Below are positions 57,443-64,000 of a stretch of 64,000 nucleotides of DNA, one piece after another. The notes below the pieces were generated by a model. It saw nothing but the letters and a program-made list of their open reading frames with translations. It was not told the origin of the DNA and did no database searches. Location: positions 65,630 to 129,629 of the forward strand of contig MGIW01000003.1 of the NCBI GenBank assembly GCA_001793945.1. Reading direction: 5' to 3'. The stretch comes from Candidatus Wolfebacteria bacterium RIFOXYD12_FULL_48_21. GTDB taxonomy: Bacteria > Patescibacteriota > Minisyncoccia > UBA6257 > UBA9933. Positions within the stretch are counted from its first letter, which is position 1. Each line of letters opens with the position of its first letter. Made by a program: the position numbers and the translations under genes.

Positions 57443-58153
57443 TTATTTTAGCGAAGAGATATAATTTTTTACCATGAATATGGTATCGGTTTTTAGGCTT
57501 TTTTTAACCCATCTTTTTTCTTTCTCGGAGAGTAGCTCGCCAAGACCGCGTAAAACTTGGCTATCTTTTATCTGTTCTATGAACACCACGCATTCACCGA
57601 GATACTCCTTTACTGTTTTTTCTGTTCTACTTTGTATCACCATTGCATCAATATCCCAATGCTGTTTCGCGAAAAAGTGAATGTCGTATACATCCCGCAT
57701 GGCCGTTTCCGTCCGAGAAGTAAGCGCTGCCAGCTTGCTCGCAAATAAATACTCTTTTTTTGCAACGAGCATCGAAATTCCTATATACTCCTTGATTTCG
57801 TAGTACTTCCTAATATTCTCGACGAGTATTCTTGTGTTTATCTCCACTTTTATATTATGATCGGCATCCCCATATGAAAGCACTACAAGCACGGTATATC
57901 TTTTAATCCATTGATCTTTTATTATCCCATATTTGCTTAAGATGCCAATAATCTTTTTATAAACAACCTCTTGATTCTCTTGGCTTGTTTCCAACAGGTC
58001 AAAATCGAGATCCACCGAAAACCTTGGGAGGTTATAGAAGAAGTAAGCGCATGTTCCTCCTTTAAACCCCAGTAACGGGGCAATGGAGGTGTCTTCGTAG
58101 ATATCTTTTAATATCTGCCCCATGATCAGTTGATGTTTTTCGTTATTGAGCAT
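57443..58153 (-). CDS. AbiEii-family nucleotidyltransferase toxin
   Basis: FKGGT, RFSVDLDF, K..A and RDVYD. Confidence 0.92.
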   Translation of the reverse strand: MLNNEKHQLIMGQILKDIYEDTSIAPLLGFKGGTCAYFFYNLPRFSVDLDFDLLETSQENQEVVYKKIIGILSKYGIIKDQWIKRYTVLVVLSYGDADHNIKVEINTRILVENIRKYYEIKEYIGISMLVAKKEYLFASKLAALTSRTETAMRDVYDIHFFAKQHWDIDAMVIQSRTEKTVKEYLGECVVFIEQIKDSQVLRGLGELLSEKEKRWVKKSLKTDTIFMVKNYISSLK

Positions 58154-58715
58154 GAGTGTCGTAATATTTTTTGAGGCGATTTTCGAGCTGTTTGTTTTTA
58201 TATATCCCTACCATCTCAAAACATTTATCCCAATCCAATGGCCTTAAATTATCAAAATAGTAGCCCGGAAAGAGGTATATCATGTCTAAAAATGCGCGCT
58301 CAGGCGTTGCGATACTATAATTATCTTTATTTCTAATACCTGTCGCGTTATAGAGTACGATATCTTTTAATTTTCTAAATGTAACCGTTCGCCCGTCAAT
58401 TGTTACCGTCTTTGCCATCCTACTCGCCACGAATACTGTTTTGTAATACTGAAATATCATACCCGCCTCAAGCAGGGCCGTTTCGAAGCTTATATATGCC
58501 GGCGTATATATGCTCGTTGCGAGCTCCCTTGGCTCATACTGCACATCTTTTGCGAATATGCCTCTCGTAAGACTTAGTAGCGACCCTTGCTTTACATAAT
58601 ATGCTATCTTTGCTTTTAAGTTATTTTTATTCGTTTCTCCCCACGCTAAAGCCATGTCATTCGTCGTTAAAATGGTTTTTTTTAATTTATATACACTTGT
58701 GAGCGAACTATCCAT
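58143..58715 (-). CDS. AbiEi-family antitoxin
   Basis: RGIF, YISFETAL...GMI and IATPERAFLD; overlaps abiEii. Confidence 0.88.
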   Translation of the reverse strand: MDSSLTSVYKLKKTILTTNDMALAWGETNKNNLKAKIAYYVKQGSLLSLTRGIFAKDVQYEPRELATSIYTPAYISFETALLEAGMIFQYYKTVFVASRMAKTVTIDGRTVTFRKLKDIVLYNATGIRNKDNYSIATPERAFLDMIYLFPGYYFDNLRPLDWDKCFEMVGIYKNKQLENRLKKYYDTHAQ

Positions 58716-58728
58716 ATAATATACCTCT

Positions 58729-58781
58729 GAAGTAAGCCTTTATCTTACTTCCAGTATAAATTATTGCTATTTACTTGTCAA
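58729..58781 (-). promoter_or_regulatory. abiE promoter with palindromic operator
   Basis: TTGACA-17-TATACT, then GAAGTAAG-7-CTTACTTC inverted repeat over the start site. Confidence 0.75.
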
Positions 58782-58832
58782 ATGCATTCCTCATTCCTTA
58801 TTGCTTACTCCCTTTTGCCTATTACCCACTCC

Positions 58833-59591
58833 CTATTCCCCCAAATATGCCTCGATAACTTCCCGTTTCGCGAGGACATGGTCCGGCTTCCCTTCGGCGA
58901 GTAATTTTCCGCTATCCATGACGATCAGGTGGTCGCACAGTTCGCGAATCAAATTCATATTATGTTCGATCAGAATGACCGTTTTGCCTGCTTCCTTCAA
59001 CTCTTTAATTACCGACACAATGACCTTGATCATTTCCGGAAACAATCCCGCAAATGGCTCGTCGAACAAAAAGATACTCGCATCCTGCCCAATATGGTCG
59101 GAATGCGTCATCGCCAGCACCCGAGCTATCTCTAATAGCTTTCTTTGCCCGTAGGAGAGGTTGTGAGCCAGTTGGCTTCGCTTTTCCCATAACCCTACGC
59201 GCGTCAATACCGTTTCCACCTTTTTCATATGCCCCGCGTTATGCCGCTCGAACAGCGAACCCCACACGCTGCGCTCAGTCAACACAACCAGAATGTTATC
59301 CAGCACGGTCATTTGCTCGAAAAGTCGCACCTCCTGAAATGTTCGCGTGATTCCATGGTAGGCGGTGTCAGATGCCCGCAACCCTTTCATCTCCCGTTCT
59401 CCGCCGATGACCATCACTCCTGCGGTCGGCGGAAGCATGCCACTCAGCACATTGACCAAGGTCGTTTTGCCGGAACCGTTCGGCCCCACAACTCCCGTTA
59501 CCTTGCCTTGCTCGAATGCAACCGAAAGACCGTCGATGGCAGCGACACCGCTAAAATGCTTATGTAGTTCTTTTGTTCGTATTGCGTCCAT
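58833..59591 (-). CDS. livG: Branched-chain amino acid ABC ATPase (LivG-like)
   Basis: GPNGSGKTT, TRTFQ, LSYGQRKLLEIAR and EAYLG. Confidence 0.9.
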   Translation of the reverse strand: MDAIRTKELHKHFSGVAAIDGLSVAFEQGKVTGVVGPNGSGKTTLVNVLSGMLPPTAGVMVIGGEREMKGLRASDTAYHGITRTFQEVRLFEQMTVLDNILVVLTERSVWGSLFERHNAGHMKKVETVLTRVGLWEKRSQLAHNLSYGQRKLLEIARVLAMTHSDHIGQDASIFLFDEPFAGLFPEMIKVIVSVIKELKEAGKTVILIEHNMNLIRELCDHLIVMDSGKLLAEGKPDHVLAKREVIEAYLGE

Positions 59592-59714
59592 ATAAATTAG
59601 TAGTTAGTAGATGGCAGTAAGTAATAAGCAAATAGGGATTCTGTTTTTTATTACTATATCCACTATCCTTTTCCCTTTCCCTCTTCCTTTTTTCTTATTT
59701 TTTTTCCTTATTTC

Positions 59715-60584
59715 TTATTTCACCTCGTACTCCCCAATAAACCCTTTGGGTCTATAGAGCATCAGTAGCACCAGTATCGCTCCATAAATGATCTGACGCA
59801 TCTGCGCCGCTATATCCGTGGGCAATCCTACGAATCGCAGTATTTCGGGCAAAAGAATAAGAAACAATGCGCCTGCCAGCGTTCCGCGGAGGCTCCCCAA
59901 CCCGCCCATGATGACAATTGCCAGAATAAATATGGATTCGTTAAGCGAAAATGATGACGGGTCGATATAGGTGATATATGAAGCGAACAACGACCCGGCA
60001 ATCGACGCCATGGCGGCTCCTATTACGAATATCGCCAGTTTGAAATAGGCAACTTTGTACCCGAACACCTCCAGCGCCTTTTCATCCTCGCGGATCGCTT
60101 TAAGCACCCGCCCAAATGACGAGTTTGCAATGAAGTGCGCAAGCGCATACACAGCGCCGAACAATACAACGGCTAACGCAAGAAATGTTTCATTCGCCGA
60201 GAATGTGAACCCGAACAAACTCGGTCGGTCGATCCCGGGAATACCCAACGGACCCTTGGTCACACTTTCCCAATTGAGAAAAATACTGAATGCGATCACA
60301 TTAAATCCAAACGACGCAAGCGCATAGTAATCATCCTTGAATTTACTCAGCACCATACCCGCCAACAAGCTCACGATCGCCGTGATTACTATCCCCAGTA
60401 TGACCGAGGCAAAAAAGCCGAGCCCGTAGTGGGCCAGCGCGACCGCGGTCGCGTATGCGCCGATGCCATAAAAGGCGGCATGGGTCACCGACAGCAATCC
60501 CGCATATCCGACGATCAAATTCAACCCGACGCCAAGAATAGCGTAAATAAAAAATAGTATTGCTATGTGAATAAGATATGGCAT
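59715..60584 (-). CDS. livM: Branched-chain amino acid ABC permease (LivM-like)
   Basis: HAAFYGIGAY, FGRVLKAIREDE and GGLGS. Confidence 0.9.
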   Translation of the reverse strand: MPYLIHIAILFFIYAILGVGLNLIVGYAGLLSVTHAAFYGIGAYATAVALAHYGLGFFASVILGIVITAIVSLLAGMVLSKFKDDYYALASFGFNVIAFSIFLNWESVTKGPLGIPGIDRPSLFGFTFSANETFLALAVVLFGAVYALAHFIANSSFGRVLKAIREDEKALEVFGYKVAYFKLAIFVIGAAMASIAGSLFASYITYIDPSSFSLNESIFILAIVIMGGLGSLRGTLAGALFLILLPEILRFVGLPTDIAAQMRQIIYGAILVLLMLYRPKGFIGEYEVK

Positions 60585-60586
60585 GG

Positions 60587-61453
60587 CTATTTTTTAAATA
60601 TACCTTGAGGGCGAAATAAGAGAAAGATTATTAAAATAATAAATGCGATCGCGTCCTTCCATTCGCCCGAAAACTGCCATACACCGAAGTTCTCCGCGAA
60701 CCCAAGCAGGAATGCTCCGGCAAATGCCCCGTGCATCGTGCCGACGCCGCCGATGATCGCCGCGATTACGCCCTTGAGCAGCAAGTGCATACCCATGGTC
60801 GGCTCCAACCCCGTGTCGAATCCAACCAAAATACCCGATAGCCCCGCGATAGCCGACCCTATGAAAAATACCCATCCGATGATCTTGTCCGTATGAATGC
60901 CAACCATCTTTGAGACTTCTTCATCGTCACTCACCGCGTTGACCGCCCGGCCAAACATCGTCTTTTTTAACATAAGCGTCAGCAATGCGAGGACTACAAT
61001 TCCACAAATCAGAATGATAGCCTGTGTCTGCGTAATGATACCCCCCGCTATAGTGTAAACACGGCTCTCTGTCGAATTATTGGCAAGTGTCTGAAATTGG
61101 CTCGTGAACAAGATTGCGATGATCGCCTGAATGACCGTCAAGAGACCAAGTGAGGCGACCAGAAACACCATTTGCGACGCCTTGCGCAGGCGCAGCTGCC
61201 GAAATATAGCCTTATCCAAAATATATCCGACAAACCCCGCAAACACTATCGCCAATACGGCACTTGCGTATACATTCCATCCGAGTTCCTTGTACAGGAA
61301 GAACATGGCATATCCGCCGACGACTGTCAGCGCACCGTGGGCCAAGTTAAAAAACTTTGTCGTGCGATAGATCAGGTTAAAGCCCAACGCGATCAATGCG
61401 TAAATCGCTCCTGCGATGATACTGTTTGCGATTATCTGCGGAATAATACCCAT
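60587..61453 (-). CDS. livH: Branched-chain amino acid ABC permease (LivH-like)
   Basis: GAIYALIALGF, NLAHG and RPQG. Confidence 0.9.
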   Translation of the reverse strand: MGIIPQIIANSIIAGAIYALIALGFNLIYRTTKFFNLAHGALTVVGGYAMFFLYKELGWNVYASAVLAIVFAGFVGYILDKAIFRQLRLRKASQMVFLVASLGLLTVIQAIIAILFTSQFQTLANNSTESRVYTIAGGIITQTQAIILICGIVVLALLTLMLKKTMFGRAVNAVSDDEEVSKMVGIHTDKIIGWVFFIGSAIAGLSGILVGFDTGLEPTMGMHLLLKGVIAAIIGGVGTMHGAFAGAFLLGFAENFGVWQFSGEWKDAIAFIILIIFLLFRPQGIFKK

Positions 61454-61522
61454 TAGGGTTAATTATACTTTATTTCTTTCTTAAACTAAAAAGCGGCTCT
61501 GGGCCGCTTTTTAGCAAGTATT

Positions 61523-62662
61523 TTATTTCAATTCCTCTATCTTGCCATCTTTGATGATCTTCACGGTCATCGGCTCGATGCCAACCACATCTCCGTTCGC
61601 ATCAAACTTGTATGATCCGAGCACACCGTCATAATTGCCCATAGCATAAAGATAATCCTTCATACATTCCGAATCTTCACCACACTGCTTAAGAGCCCCT
61701 GCGATGATAAACACGGTGTCATATCGAGCGCCTACATCGAATGTGTTGCCTGCGATATTCCCGTATATCGGAACATACTTGTCCAATAAGGCCTTTCCCT
61801 TTTCTCCGGACAATCCCACGACATCAAAGAATACAACATCATTGGCAGCAGTTCCCGCCGCCTTTATTCCGTCTTCTCCTCCGAATGTATAGGTGCTAAA
61901 GATTGGCGCCGTTATCCCTGCCTCTCTTATTTGCTTGATGGCCGTGCCTCCGGTTGCGCCTGCCTGCGGGTTCACAAAAACCGCTTGCGGGTTGGCCGCC
62001 TTGATCTTTGCGATCATTCCCCTAAAATCCCGCTCGCCCTGCTTGAACATTTCATCGGTAGTCACCGTTCCGCCGAGATTATTCATCTCATCTACAAATA
62101 CCTTCCTTACGCCAACCCCATACTCGGTGTTTTCCGAGAGTATCGCAACATTCTTATACCCTTTCTTATTCACGATATAATTTGCGTATCCCTTTGCAAC
62201 ATCAAGATCGGAAGGAGAGTTTCTGAATATATAATCTCCAGCCGCGGTGATATCGGGACTACTTGAGAATGCGGACATAACGATAACCTTGTTCTGCTCT
62301 GCAATCGGGGCGATGGCAAGCGTTTCTCCGCTGCATGTTCCACCCAAAATCACTTTTACCTTATCAACACTGATAAGCTTTTGCGCTGCAGTTGTAGCAT
62401 CTTTCCCTGCGCACTTTCCGTCTTCATATACCACGGCCAATGTCTTCCCGTTGATCCCTCCTGCTTCATTTATTTCCTTGAGCGCAAGTGTTATTGCGTT
62501 CTTCTCCTCTGCGCCATAGACCGCAGCATCGCCGGTCAACGGGCCTACAAATCCTATTGTTATCGTTCCGCCGGCAGCCGGCTTACCCATAAGCGCATAT
62601 CCTCCCCAGATGATTACTACCACGACAATGACTCCTACGATTATTTTTGTTATTTTATCCAT
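61523..62662 (-). CDS. Leu/Ile/Val-type ABC substrate-binding protein, paralog 3
   Basis: GPLTGDAAVYG, YEDGKC and ILGGTCS. Confidence 0.9.
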   Translation of the reverse strand: MDKITKIIVGVIVVVVIIWGGYALMGKPAAGGTITIGFVGPLTGDAAVYGAEEKNAITLALKEINEAGGINGKTLAVVYEDGKCAGKDATTAAQKLISVDKVKVILGGTCSGETLAIAPIAEQNKVIVMSAFSSSPDITAAGDYIFRNSPSDLDVAKGYANYIVNKKGYKNVAILSENTEYGVGVRKVFVDEMNNLGGTVTTDEMFKQGERDFRGMIAKIKAANPQAVFVNPQAGATGGTAIKQIREAGITAPIFSTYTFGGEDGIKAAGTAANDVVFFDVVGLSGEKGKALLDKYVPIYGNIAGNTFDVGARYDTVFIIAGALKQCGEDSECMKDYLYAMGNYDGVLGSYKFDANGDVVGIEPMTVKIIKDGKIEELK

Positions 62663-62918
62663 TTTTATTAATTATTTATTATTGCGACGGTTAATTTTAT
62701 TATTATACGAGACACCCATTAACTACCCTGATTATTGTTGATACATGGTACTGTATTAGTGATTTTCTCTATAGTAGCACCTTGTTGTTTATTTGTCAAT
62801 AGGTATCGTCATATTATGCCAGTTTTATAAATTTTCCTTTTAATTACTGCACATATTGCCTTATTTTTGTGGAAAGATATTGACACAATTATACATATTG
62901 CTTACACTGAGAATACAA

Positions 62919-63680
62919 ATGATCAATTATAAGCATTTAACCGAATTGGGGTTTAGCCACAAAGAAGCGACCGTCTATCTGTCGCTTTTAGAGCTGGGCC
63001 CGTCGAGCGCTACAGAGATTGCCCGGAGGGCAAAAATAAACCGCACAACCAGCTATGATATCCTCGAATCCCTCTCTAGCGAAGATCTTGTCCGTCTGAC
63101 GGGCAAAGCAAAGATCAAAAAGTATGCGGCAGAGAACCCAGCCAAGGTCATTTCATTTCTGGAAGGCCGCGTCGAACAGGCAAAGGGAAACCTGCATGCC
63201 GCAACCGCGCTCCTTCCCCAGCTGCTTTCTATTTATAACACCAAGGAAAAACCGCGGGTTAAGTTTTACGAAGGCATCGACGCCCTTAAAGAAGCGTTCG
63301 AGGATACCCTCACCGCAAAGGGTGAGATCGTGGCATACGCCGTCGGGGGCGATATGTTCAACGCCGTTTCGGAAAAATACTTCCGCGACTACTTTAAAAA
63401 GCGGGCTGAGAAAAAAATCCATATCAGGGTTATCGTTCCGGCAGATAAAGAAACAAGGAGTATCGTCGTGAACGACAAGGAGGAGCTTCGGACATCGATA
63501 CTTGTCCCGAAGGGCATGTTCGATTTTTCCATCGAAACAAATATCTATAACAACAAAGTGATGATCGCCTCGTGGCGCGAAAAGTTTGCGGTGATCATTG
63601 AGAGCGCCGAGATAGCCAATGCCCAGCGAAACATATTTGAGCTGTCATGGGAAGGCGCCAAAAAGTTCAGCGTAAAGTAG
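62919..63680 (+). CDS. TrmB-family transcriptional regulator
   Basis: GFSHKEATVYLSLLELG and KPRVKFYEG. Confidence 0.9.
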   Translation: MINYKHLTELGFSHKEATVYLSLLELGPSSATEIARRAKINRTTSYDILESLSSEDLVRLTGKAKIKKYAAENPAKVISFLEGRVEQAKGNLHAATALLPQLLSIYNTKEKPRVKFYEGIDALKEAFEDTLTAKGEIVAYAVGGDMFNAVSEKYFRDYFKKRAEKKIHIRVIVPADKETRSIVVNDKEELRTSILVPKGMFDFSIETNIYNNKVMIASWREKFAVIIESAEIANAQRNIFELSWEGAKKFSVK

Positions 63681-63762
63681 TCTTACACCGGCTAATATTT
63701 GAAATATATTCTTCCCAATGTCTTCAAATCGATGTTCGATATTATTTGGAATACTGTTTTGT

Positions 63763-63802
63763 AAAAAAGAACGGTCCGTCAGCTGACGGACCGTTCTTTT
63801 TT
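63763..63802. terminator. Bidirectional terminator with nested CCGTCAGCTGACGG palindrome
   Basis: Perfect 40-bp palindrome. Confidence 0.8.
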
Positions 63803-63821
63803 ACTCGCTATTGCAATGAAG

Positions 63822-64000
63822 TTATTCCGCTTTCACGAATACTCCGCCCTTCAATGTCTTTATCACAATATCCTTTTTCGCATCTCCATTCTGATCGAAC
63901 GACAACGATCCTCCCGCACCCGCAAAATCCTTTATGGTTCCCATATATTCTTTTGCCTCCTGCGTATCGTCGCCCACCACCGCGATCGTTTTCGCCAAGA
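63822..64000 (-). CDS. Leu/Ile/Val-type substrate-binding protein, paralog 4 (C-terminus only)
   Basis: Manual translation: ...VGDDTQEAKEYMGTIKDFAGAGGSLSFDQNGDAKKDIVIKTLKGGVFVKAE*. Confidence 0.85.
   Translation of the reverse strand, partial: LAKTIAVVGDDTQEAKEYMGTIKDFAGAGGSLSFDQNGDAKKDIVIKTLKGGVFVKAE

Overview
Bacterial chromosomal window, standard code 11. Gene content and architecture point to a Patescibacteria/CPR (Parcubacteria-like) genome; this is inference, not a database result. Bases 1-46.1 kb are mostly housekeeping genes: smc, rpsP, khpA, a PilB/GspE ATPase, truB, rseP, frr, holB, glyQS, recO, murE, ruvA, rpsT, pnp, rpsO, trmD, holA, gatA/gatC, uppP, tatD, tRNA-Pro, rpmB, ndk and aspS. 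Their intergenic spaces are packed with REP-like palindrome mosaics and heptamer-periodic tracts. Bases 46.2-64 kb are accessory. Two paralogous transcription units are built from a repeated multi-hairpin RNA module interleaved with small ORFs. A split Liv-type ABC transporter follows, with four substrate-binding paralogs (three sit back-to-back with a TrmB or Lrp regulator), an AbiE toxin-antitoxin pair, and a MazF/PemK pseudogene faced by a convergent small-RNA-like unit. Other notable items: a 6S-like RNA candidate, an MNT-HEPN module bounded by 63-bp direct repeats, two ERIC-like elements, a TruB-acylphosphatase fusion, and a split between leaderless housekeeping genes and Shine-Dalgarno-led accessory genes. 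No CRISPR array, integrase, transposase or reverse transcriptase was recognised.
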